From the NCBI RefSeq assembly GCF_030028105.1, contig NC_092393.1, forward strand, positions 37,363,248-37,427,247: a DNA stretch of 64,000 nt, in the 5' to 3' direction. Origin of the DNA: Mobula birostris (Eukaryota). The translations under genes were made by a program, and so were the position numbers. This document shows, one piece after another, positions 53,721-64,000 of this stretch. Within the stretch, counting starts at the first letter, position 1, and each line of letters starts with the position of its first letter. Under the pieces are notes generated by a model. It was not told where the DNA came from and made no database searches. It worked only from the letters and a program-made list of their open reading frames with translations.

Positions 53721-54864
53721 TTAAAGGCACAAATCTATTCTGGCTAATTATCAGCCCATCGGGATATTTTCAGTCCTCAGCATAGCGATGGGTAGTGTCA
53801 TTCACTGTGCTATCATTGCACCATCTAATAACTTCACCTCTGGTTTAATCCAGTATGAGCATCCAACCCTTTACAAATGTAGTCCAAAAAGGAAATTCCA
53901 GGGTAAGATGAGTGTGACATTAAAATTGTTTTGGACTGAATGAAGAGTCTTGGTTAAATTATAGTCAGTGGCAATTGGAGAAAAAACTGTCTGTCCAATT
54001 CTGTATTTATTTTCCTTTTGTCCTGCCTTAATGTACTTAAGTATGAAATGGTCTGTCTGGTTGGCATGGAAACAAAAGCTTTTTACTGTATCTTGGTACA
54101 TGTGATATTAACATAGCAATTACCATTGGTTGTACGTAATCAAGTCTGGCACAAAAGAAGATGGTGGTGTTTGCTTGAACTCTATCATCTCAGCCCCAGG
54201 GTGCTGCTGCAGAAATACCTAGGTGTTGTGGGACCAGCCATCACCTTTATGAATGAATCTTTCTTGATAAGAATTGGGATTTCTGCTGATTTTCCTCCGT
54301 TCATTTTTTTCATGGCTCTGGTGAGGGAAGCAGACTATGCTTCATATATTATAAATGTATAACAATGTTCAAGCTTGGGGTAAGAAGTGGTAGTTGACAC
54401 CTACACCATGCTAGTCCCAGGCAGTAACCACCATGAGCAAGACCAAGTCCAACCATCACTTCCTGGTGCGAGAAACTTCCACCATCAATATCCTACTGGT
54501 CACCACCAATCAACAATTTAACCAGATCGGCAGCATTGACACAGCGTCTCAAAGAACAACTCAGAGACTATGTATTCTGTTGTGAAAGATTGTTTCCTCA
54601 TCCCCCTGAAAGACACAAGTCAAGAGCACAATCAATATTCTCCACTTGCCTAGAGACTTGTGGGTCCAATAGCACTGAAAAAGCTCTGCTTTTCAGGACA
54701 GAGCATGCGTGTTGAGTACTTTAATCTCCTCTTGATACATTCACTTTATTCACCTCTGGCACTCTGTGACTGCAGAGTATTCCTTCTAAAACTATACAGA
54801 CGTAATCCACCAAGACTGTTTTGATTGCAATTTCACTCCCTCCCCAACCTCTTCCAAGAAAAAT

Positions 54865-55083
54865 CACACAAAATGCTGGAGGAACTCAGCCAGCCAGGCA
54901 GCTTCTAAGGAAAAGAGTAAACAGTCGACACTTCAGATGGAAACCCTTCCCAGTGCCGATGAAAAGTCTTGGCCTGAAATATCGACTGTTTACTCTTTTC
55001 TATTGATGCTGCCCGGCCATTGAGTTCCTTCAGCATTTCGTGTGTATTGTTTGAATTTCCAGCATCTGCAGATTTTCTCTTGT
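54865..55083. mobile_element. Inverted (head-to-head) pair of PLE tails
   Basis: 54865-54949 is a minus copy and 54950-55083 a plus copy. Confidence 0.85.
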
Positions 55084-55854
55084 CCGAGATACATCAGAAT
55101 GGATAAAAAGGGAAAATGAAAGAAATCCGAGACAATTAAACTGAGCTGAGAAAGATGTTTTTTGCCATTAAACTGCACAGGTACAGATGACTTTATTTAT
55201 AAGGTAGATGGAGAACTTGTATCCTGTCAGTAAGAGACTGCCATATGAGTCTAGCTCCTTCAAATGTGCTTATGAAGAATAATGTAAAGCCATTAGTTTT
55301 GCTCAGCATTTGGCATGATGTCCTCCATCATCCACTTCTTGCTTATTACTTACAGATGACAAAATTACAGTGCATGCAGTAAGTTTCAATTATATTGAAA
55401 TCTCTGCTGGGGCAAAATAAAAGAATAGCTAATATGTCACGTAAAAATACTTACAGTATTTCTATTGGCAATCCATGTAACTCTACTGTTGTTGTCTGTC
55501 CTCATTTTCTGCCCATGACTGCCTTTAAGACTACTGTTTGGCAAGCAGGCTCTCACTCATTTGATTTGTTTCTCAAAATACTGTAAGCTCTAGTCTATAT
55601 AAGTGAATATAACACCCAGGAATTCTGTAAACCTGCTACGGATAAATGATTTACAGCCCTTTCATTTGTCGTAAATCATGAGACAAATGGAATAGGTCTC
55701 ACAAGCTATTTAGTAAAAACTTGCTAATGAAGTTAGTCTCCCTAACAGTTTGAAAGTAACATCCAGAATAATTTGTGAAGGTAAATCAGTTCTCTTTAAG
55801 GCCGTGTCAGAAAATGAAAGAAATAAATATGCATTTGTTATAATATCTTTCCCA

Positions 55855-55995
55855 ATCTCTCCACTTTCTGCAGGGATCTCAGGGATCTGTGATTATCTTA
55901 TCCATTCATCCCTCCCCACTAATTTCCCCCCTGGCACATACCCCTGCAAGCGACAGCAATGCTACACCTGCCTATTCATATCCTCCTTTACCTTC
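55855..55995 (+). mobile_element. PLE linker fragment (PGTYPCKRQQCYTC)
   Basis: Homologous to YPCKRKCYTCPY at about 59030. Confidence 0.65.
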
Positions 55996-56129
55996 TGCTG
56001 TGGCTGTTGGTGCACGGACCTTGGTAGATACCAGATCTGTTTTCAATCAATCCCATCTCGAGCAACAGTAATAAAGGTAGAATTTTTTTACAGAGGTCTA
56101 TGTGGTTTAACTTCACAGTACTTAGCTGG

Positions 56130-56690
56130 TAGGGGTGTATGGGGTGTCAGGGAGGGGTAGCACCTCCGGTGATGGAACATGTCGTGTCCTTTTCAAGGCA
56201 GTTAGTCCACCTTTGGTCCCCACCTGGCACTCAGCTCTCACCTGTGGCTCCCCGTAGCTGTTTGCATGCGACAGCGGCCACACCCTGGGCAACGGCTTCG
56301 ACAAGCCAGCTAAACCAGGTGAGGGTAGCCGACAGGTCTCAAACCCTCGGTGAGATAGGGAGTTGTCTATCCCAGCATGTGAAGACAGACTCCGGCAGAT
56401 TGAGCGGACGAGACCAATGGAAGATCCAACGGTCAAGAAGGCGGTCTCTGCAAGCGTCGTGGAACATGTAGAGCAGGACAAGACACAGAAGAAGCCCTGG
56501 TCATCCACTGCACCTAGTCCCATCTCCAGCCGTCTCGACTCTGTCTTGCCACTGGATCCAGATGGGAATTGGGAAGAGAGAGTGAGGCTGACACTGTGCA
56601 ACTCTTCCTCACTTGAATCCAAGTCACGCACTAGACTCAACACCATAATGGTGTCGAGGTCCTCATCGACGTTGGCGATGGACAAACACA
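56130..56690 (+). mobile_element. 561-bp non-coding retroelement (probably an RTE-derived internally deleted element) with 7-bp TSD
   Basis: TAGCTGG at 56123-56129 and 56691-56697; CpG-rich; no Pol III boxes or TIRs seen. The RTE affiliation is recalled similarity, not verified. Confidence 0.7.
56132..56325 (+). ncRNA. Putative HDV-like ribozyme at the element 5' end
   Basis: P1, P1.1, P2, P3, P4 and J4/2 GCTAA can all be assigned in canonical order (see findings). Confidence 0.6.
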
Positions 56691-57574
56691 TAGCTGGAAA
56701 AACTGCTGTCCTGGCAATTGCAGGAAAGTGGTAATTTATATATATTAGGGGGAGGGTTTGGGGATTGAAGGGGTTTGAAGCAGGTCGTCATGAAGCAGAG
56801 CCAACTGTTTGCAAATGTCTGAAAATAAGTCAATAATGAAGTTCAGCCAGTTAGAATAAATGCTGTAATCATAACTTTTAAAGCTTCAAACCATTTTGGA
56901 ATTGTTACACATTATTCAACGGAGTGATTTGTGAAGTGACAAACACAGACAGCCTATGGGGCCACAATATCCTTTCTTGCATGAATTATTGAAGAGTAAA
57001 AAGCCAGTCTGGCAACACACTTAACATACCTATTTAAACTGAAGTGTAGTCTTGCAGTAAGTATGGAGGGGAGTACATTTGTCAATTAATTTATCTTTTC
57101 AGAAACAAACATCAAAAGATTTTCCAGCTGTCTAACCATTCATTTCACAGTTGCAAGAGGTTAATAGAGGCAAATTAAAAGGATGCCAAATCTCAGTAGA
57201 ATCTAGATGGAATTGGTTTCAAACTCAGCAATGACCTGAATCCAACTTCCACTTTTCTCTGCAAGTTGTCAAATGTATTTGCACCCACAGCAAACACCAA
57301 GAATAGCTTGAACAATGAGAAAGTTTAGAAATAACAATCTGGAATTCCTTCTGAAATGCTGTTGGTATTGGAGTAGTAAAGCATTTGGTAAAGAATAAAT
57401 CAGGTTATCACTTCACATCTTACATAAAAATGCTGCACTTGGATGATCCTAGAAAAATCTAAAGGTTGTGATTTTGGCGATATATAAATGAAATAAAGGT
57501 TGACTTCAGTTTCTCTCTCCCCAAAATTTCATAGCATTATTGCACCACAAAAGCAGCAATGAGAGAGAGCTCCT

Positions 57575-58200
57575 GTTCAAAGTTCAAGGTAAATTTATTG
57601 TCAAAGTAACTATGTCACCATATATGACCCTGATAGTAATTTTCTTATGGGCATACTTAACAAATCCATAATAGAATAATAATCACAATAGAATCAATGA
57701 AGGAACACATTATCTTGGCCATTTAACCAGTGTGCAAAAGACAGCAAACTGTGCAAATACAAAAATAAAGAAATAATAATGATAAATTAATAAACAATAA
57801 ATATCGAGAGCATGAAATGAAGAGTCCTTGAAAGTGGATCCATAAGTTGTGGGAACAATTCAGTAATGGGGCAAGTGGAATTGAGTGAAGTTATCCCCTT
57901 TGGTTCAAGAGCCTGATGGTTGAAGGGTAATTAATGCTCCTGAACCTAGTAGCGTGAGTCCTGAAACTGTACCACATTTCTGCTGGCAGTGGTCCTGGTT
58001 GGTGGGGAGCCTAATGATGGATGCTGCTTTCCTGCAAGAATGCAACATGTAGGTGTGCTCAGTGGTGGAGATTTAACCATGATGGACTGGGCATATACAC
58101 TACATTTAGTAGGTTTTTTCATGCAAAGGCATTGATGGTTCCATACGAGGCTATAATGCAACCAGTCAATATACTCGCCACCATCATTGTGGATATTGTT
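57575..58200 (-). mobile_element. Rex1-like LINE 3' fragment
   Basis: Homologous to 33322-33930; TTTGAAC tail. Confidence 0.8.
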
Positions 58201-58271
58201 TGAATTCACTTTTGTTCTAATGTTCAATTCAAGTCTCATTATTGCACCACAAAAGCAGCAGTGAGAGTTCC

Positions 58272-58740
58272 AGTTCAAAGGAAATTTAATGTCAATTTAA
58301 CCACTTGAATACAGCCGAACAAACCAGCGTTACTAGGGAGTCAAGGTGCAAAGCCACGTTACTAACAGTCAGACACAGTCGGCACACACAGTCAGACACA
58401 GTCACGTAATAAGAGTTCCGACAGCCCACCACCCTGACTCCCATGATGCCACAGCTTGATGATATATATATATATAGTCCAGAACCAGCCCGCTCCCTCC
58501 GGCCCACCGGCCCACCAATATCATCTGTCGACCAGCACCTGATGCCCAGTAGGTGAGAATGGCTTTGAGGCCCAGTCCTCGTCCCGGCACCCAACCCCCA
58601 CTTGGTGAATCCACGGCTTGGAGTCCCAGTTCTCACATATGCAAGCACATATAGACTATTAGTAAAAACACAACCACAAAAATATATATGTATCAAACCC
58701 CTCAGTCTATTTGAAACTAAATAAAATATTTCAATGAACA
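58272..58740 (-). mobile_element. Non-autonomous element with Rex1-like tail
   Basis: TTTGAAC tail and 3' UTR similar to those at 11450 and 23010. Confidence 0.45.
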
Positions 58741-58988
58741 CAGTAAGTTTAAAGAAAGCATGGGAAACAGAAGCAAATGGGTTTCAATGATGGCCCTCAT
58801 CAGTCAGAAGAGAGTGCAGGAACTGAAATTCCAGTGATTTGAGAAGGAGTGTAGCAAGCATCACCTACTGAGCTCGACAGCAAGCCATCAGGATTTCTAT
58901 ATAGTTGGATAGCTTATTGTCCTCCTGAACCACTAATACACTCAGTGGCCACTTTATTAGGTACCACCTACTCCTAATAAAGTGGCCA

Positions 58989-59776
58989 AAGCAACTGGGA
59001 GCACTGGATGCAATAGATGACACCAGCTTATCCCTGTAAGCGTAAGTGCTACACCTGTCCCTACACCTCATCTCTTGCAACCATTCAGGGCCCCAAACAG
59101 TCCTTCCAGGTGAGACAACACTTCACTTGTGAGTCTGTTGGAGTCATCTATTGCATTCGGTGCCCCTGGTGCGGCCTCCTCTACATCGGTGAAACCCAAC
59201 ACAGATTGGGGGACCACTTTGTCAAGCACCTCCACTCTGTCTGCCACAACAGACAGGATCTCCCGGTAGCCACCCACTTCAACTCTGCTTCCCATTCCCA
59301 TTCAGATATGTCCATACATGGCCTCCTCTACTGCCATGATGAGGCTAAACGCAGGTTGGAGGAGCAACACCTCATATACCGTCTTGGTAGTCTCCAGCCC
59401 CTTGGTATGAACATAGAATTCTCCAACTTCCGGTAATTCCCTCCCCCTCACTTCCTCTATCCCTATTTCACTCTGCCCCCTCCCCCAGCTCCCTCATGGT
59501 TCCGCCTCCTTCTTCTACCACCCATTGTTTTCAGGGCTATGACGTCAATGCTTCCCCTCCCCCACCCCTTTGCCTTTCAAATTACTGGTCTTTCAACTGA
59601 CGCTACAAGCATTCTTCAAATCCTTCCCCATCTTTCATTCTTCAGCCCTGACGAAGGGTTCCGGCCCGAAACGTCGACTCATCGTTTCTGACTGATGCTG
59701 CCCGACCTGCTTATTTCATCCAGCGTACTGAAAGTGTTGCTTTGACCTCTTACAGCATCTGCAGATTATTTTGTGT
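58989..59776 (+). mobile_element. 5'-truncated Penelope-like element with open GIY-YIG endonuclease frame (about 59026-59436) and hammerhead tail
   Basis: GVIYCIRCPWCGLLYIGET..RL..H...HFN..H...RRLEEQ.LI..L.SLQP.GMN; long TSD. Confidence 0.92.
59643..59680 (+). ncRNA. Minimal type I hammerhead ribozyme of PLE
   Basis: CTGACGA (59648-59654), A, GGGT-TCCG-GCCC, GAAA (59668-59671), CGTC; stem I partly decayed. Confidence 0.75.
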
Positions 59777-59861
59777 TCCTAATAAAGTGGCCACCGAGTA
59801 TATGTTCGTGGTCTTCTGCTGCTGTAGCCCATCCACTTTAAGGTTAAATGTGTTGTACTCT

Positions 59862-61180
59862 TAGAAACATAGAAACATAGAAAGCCTACAGCACAATACA
59901 GGCCCTTTGGCCCACAAAGCTGTGCTGAACATGTCCTTACCGTAGAACAACCTTGGCTTACCGATAGCCATCTATTTTTCTAAGCTCTATGTATCCATCC
60001 AGGAGTCTCCTAAAAGACCCTATCGTTTCCGCCTCCACCGCCACCGCCGGCAGCCCATTCCACGCACTCACCACTCTCTGTGTAAAAAAACTTACCCCTG
60101 ACATCTCCTCTGTACCTACTTCCAAGCACCTTAAAACTGTGCCCTCTCGTGCTAGCCATTTCAGCCCTGGGAAAAAGCCTCTGACTATCCACAATCAATG
60201 CCTCTCAACATCTTATACACCTTTATCAGGTCACCTCTCAACCTCCGTCGCTCCAAGGTAAAAAGGCCGCGTTCACTCAACCTATTTTCATAAGGCATGC
60301 TCCTCAGTTCAGGCAACATTCTTGTAAATCTCCTCTGCACCCTTTCCATGGTTTCCACATCCTTCCTGTAATGAGGCAACCAGAATTGAGCACAGTACTC
60401 CAAGTGGGGTCTCACCAGAGTCCTATATAGCTGCAACATTACCTCTCAGCTCTTAAACTCAATCCCACGATTGATGAAGGCCAATGTACCGTATGCTTTC
60501 TTAACCACAGAGTCAACCTGCGTAGCAGCTTTGAGTGTCCTATGGACTTGGACCCCAAGATCCCTCTGATCCTCCACACTGCCAGGAGTCTTGCCATTAA
60601 TGCTGAATTCTGCCATCATATTTGACCTTCCAACATGAACCACCTCACACTTATCTGGGTTGAACTCCATCTGCCACTTCTCAGCCCAGTTTTGCATCCT
60701 ATCAATGTCCCACTTTAACCTCTGACAGCCCTCCACACCCCCAACCTTTGTATCATCAGCGAATTTACTAACCCACTTCCTCAACCAGGTCATTTACAAA
60801 AATCACAAAGAGCAGGACAGATCCCTGAGACACACCACTGGTGACCCGTTTACAACCACTCTTTGCCTTCTGTGGGCACGCCAGTTCTGGATCCACAAAG
60901 CAATGTCCCCTTGGATCCCATGCCTCCTTACCTTCTCAATAAGCCTTGCATGGGGTACCTTATCAAATGCCTTGCTAAAATCCATATACACTACATCTAC
61001 TGCTCTTCCTTCATCAATGTGTTTGGTCACATCCTCAAAAACTTCAATCAGGCTCATAAGGCACAACCTGCCTTTGACAAAGCCATGCTGACTATTCCTA
61101 ATCATATTAGGCCTCTCCAAATGTTCATAAACCCTGCCTCTCAGGATCTTCTCCATCAACTTACCAACCACTGAAGTAAA
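59862..61180 (-). mobile_element. CR1 LINE RT fragment nested in the Tc1 element
   Basis: ORFs 60185-61171 (DVVYMDFSKAFDKVPH, SKFADDTKVG, LVRPHLEYC); (TTTCTATG)n tail. Confidence 0.92.
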
Positions 61181-62361
61181 CTCTTCTGCAAACTATTGTT
61201 GTAATGCATGATTATTTGAGCTAATGTCACTGTCCTGTCAGTCTGGCCATTCTAATCTGACCACTCTCATTAACAAGGTGTTCTCACGCACAGAACTGCT
61301 GTTCACTGGATTTTTTTGTTTGTTTTTTTTTTGCACCATTCTCTGTAAATTCCAGAGATTGATGTGCGTGAAAATCCCAGGAGATCAGCAGTTTCTGAGA
61401 TACTCAAACCACCTCTTCTCGCACCAACAATTATTCCACAGTCAAAGTCACTTTGATCACATTTCTTCCCCAATCTGATGTTTGCTCTGAACAACAACTG
61501 AACCTCTTGACCATGTCTACATGCATTGAGTTGCTGCCACATGGCTGGATAATGAGATACTAGGATCAGCAAGCAGGTATACAGGTGTACCTAATAAAGT
61601 GGCCACTGAGTGTAGTCATCATGCCTGACCATTATGAAGGTCTTATTTATACTTTCCTGGCTGTCAGAAAGTTATATTCCTTCCCTCATTTATGCAAATA
61701 ACTTTCTTATATGTTAATTTAAGCTTACATAATTTATATTTGTCACATCTGTAATACACTGTGCTGCTGCTGCAGAAAGCTAATTTTCATGGCATTTTGT
61801 CCCCTAACTATGTATGCCCATGACAATAAACTTGAACTTGAATTCACCCAGACACCCATAAAGACTGTTGGCTGCTCTGCCAACTACTGGTTAAAGACTG
61901 GCCACCCACTCTCATCAGAACAGTGTCACTTGCATGTCAAACCCACCACTGCCTTCAAATTATTTGTGCCAAGGTCCCTCCAGGCAGATGTTTTTCACGA
62001 TAAGCAAATAACTAAGCAGATTATACTGAAGAGGCAACTAAAGCCTTGATCAGATGACATATCATTAACAATAGATGGAAACCAGCAAAGAGAGGGCATC
62101 ATCTGATTCCACTTGCTGAGTTGGAGGAATCCATCCTGATTATTGATTAGTAATCAAAATTATTCATGGAAGATGATTCAAGTAAGTTTTCCAGAGACAG
62201 AGATAGGAAGAGACAAAATAAACAAGGCCCACATCATTCCAAGCAGACTATAGAAATTCTCATGTCCCATTGGAAGCACGGGTCAGATTTGAAATAGGCT
62301 AAGAACAGGCAGAATTACCGCTGCATCTTGCTGCATTCTGTCAAAGTGTAGATTGGTTAGA

Positions 62362-63952
62362 AGTGGTCTCAGTATTTGAAGATGATGTGTGGGCTGCCTT
62401 CAGGAGAGTGAATCCAAGGAAAGCATCCAGTCCAGACAGAGTACCTGGCCGAGTACTGATTACTTGTGCCCAAATCCGGCTGCTGTGTTCACAGATACAG
62501 TATCTTCAACCTCTCGCTCCAGCAGTGTGTCGTACCCACCAGCTTCAAGCAGGCTTCAATCATACCTGAGCCAAAGAAGAGTGTGGTAACCTGTCTAAAT
62601 GACTATCGTCCAGTGGCACTTACGTCCACAGAGATGAAATGCTTTGAGAGGCTGGTTTTGAAGCATATCAGCTCCTGTCTGAATGGCGACTTGGATCTCC
62701 TCCATAGCAACAGGTCTATTGCAGATATTATCTTGTTGGCTCTTCACACAACCCTGGAACATCTGGACAGCAAAGATGCATACATAAGGATGTTCCTTCT
62801 CGACTACAGCTCGGTATTTGGTACCATCATCCCCCCAAAACTAATCAGTAAACTCTAAGACCTGGACCTCAATACCACCTTGTGCAGTTGGATCCTGGAT
62901 TTCCTCACTTGCAGACCCCAGTCAGTTCGGATTGGCAAAAATATCTTCTCCACCATCTCCATCAGCACAGGAGCACCACAGGGATGTGTAGTTAGCCCCC
63001 TCCTCTACTTGCTTTACACCGATGACTGTGTGGCTGAGTACAGCTCCAAACCATATTTGCTGATGACACCACTGTTGTGGGCCGTATCAAAGGTGGTGAT
63101 GAATCAGCATACAGGAGGGAGATTGAAAACTTAACGGCGTGGTGTAATAACAACAACCTCTCACTCAATGTCAATAAGACCAAAGAACTGATTGTAGACT
63201 TCAGGAGAGGGAAACCAGAGGTCCACGATCCAGTAATCATCAGAGGATCAGAGGTGCAGAGGGTCAGTAACTTTAAATTCCCGGGTTTCTCTTTCTCAGA
63301 GGACCTGTGTTGGACCCATCATATGGCTATAATTGGGAAGAAAGCCCGACAGCACACTTACTTCCTCAGGAGTCTGCAGAGGTCTGGCATATCATCAAAA
63401 GCTTTGGCAAACTTCTACAGATGTGTGGTGCAAAGTGTGCTGGCTGCATTACAGCCTGGTATGGGGAGACAAATGCCTTTGAGTGAAAAATCCTACAAAG
63501 GGTAGTGGATGCAGCTCAGTACATCACGGGTAAAACCCTCCCAACCATTGAGCACATCTACGTAAAATGTTGCCGTAGAAGAGCAGGATCCACCATCAAA
63601 GATCCTCACCACCTAGGCCATTCTCTTTTCTCACTGCTGCCATCAGGTAGAAGGTACAAGTGCCTCAGGACTCACACCACCAGGTTCAAGTACAGTTCCC
63701 ACCCTCAACCATCAGGCCCTTGAACAAAAGGGGATAACTACACTCATTTAAGGACTCTGTTAATTTGTTATTTCATGCTTGTTATTTAATGCTATTTATT
63801 TATATCTGCATTTGCACAGTTTGTTTACAGTTAACAGTTCCTGATGTTTACAGTTTACAATTACTGTTCTGTAGAATTGTTAAGTATGCCTGCAGTAAAA
63901 TAATCTCAGGGTGACATGTATGTATTCTGATAATAAATTTTGCTTTGAACTT
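62362..63952 (+). mobile_element. Rex1-like LINE RT fragment
   Basis: [58 protein letters not shown]; AATAAA..TTTGAAC end. Confidence 0.9.
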
Positions 63953-64000
63953 TTAACATATTAGTTGCTGTAATATATTTCCAGATTCTGTACCTATTTC

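Larger units (their letters stand above)
58939..61612 (-). mobile_element. Tc1 non-autonomous element with TA TSD, hosting PLE and CR1 insertions
   Basis: TA|CACTCAGTGGCCACTTTATTAGGTAC ... GTACCTAATAAAGTGGCCACTGAGTG|TA. Minus-strand IVGARRGGLSISETADLLGFSRTSIS is a transposase HTH remnant. Confidence 0.9.

Noticed and set aside
56122-56734. Overlapping 189-, 110- and 123-aa ORFs
   Set aside because: GC-rich repeat with few stops; no recognisable protein motif; coincide with a TSD-bounded non-coding element.

Overview
Vertebrate genomic DNA, most likely a cartilaginous fish such as a ray or skate, inferred from the repeat repertoire. The window holds one complete protein-coding gene on the + strand, DUS1L (tRNA-dihydrouridine(16/17) synthase-like). 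It has 13 coding exons from 5238 to 48943, all with GT-AG introns and consistent phases, giving 1416 nt or 471 aa; the 5' non-coding exon was not located. The rest is a dense, often nested set of decayed mobile elements: CR1 and Rex1-like LINEs, Penelope-like elements (PLE), tRNA-derived SINEs, and Tc1/mariner, Harbinger and hAT MITEs. The most interesting signal is RNA-structural, with three retroelement-borne self-cleaving-ribozyme-like folds read by eye. (1) A hammerhead-like core in a non-circularly permuted strand order lies in the 3' UTR of a HERO-like fragment, sense within a DUS1L intron (24294-24411). (2) An HDV-like fold with an atypical hairpin inserted in L3 sits at the 5' end of a 561-bp TSD-flanked non-coding retroelement (56132-56325). 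(3) Minimal hammerheads occur in many PLE tails, the best copy being 59643-59680. Repeat boundaries are approximate unless a TSD or TIR is quoted, and no database search or folding program was run.
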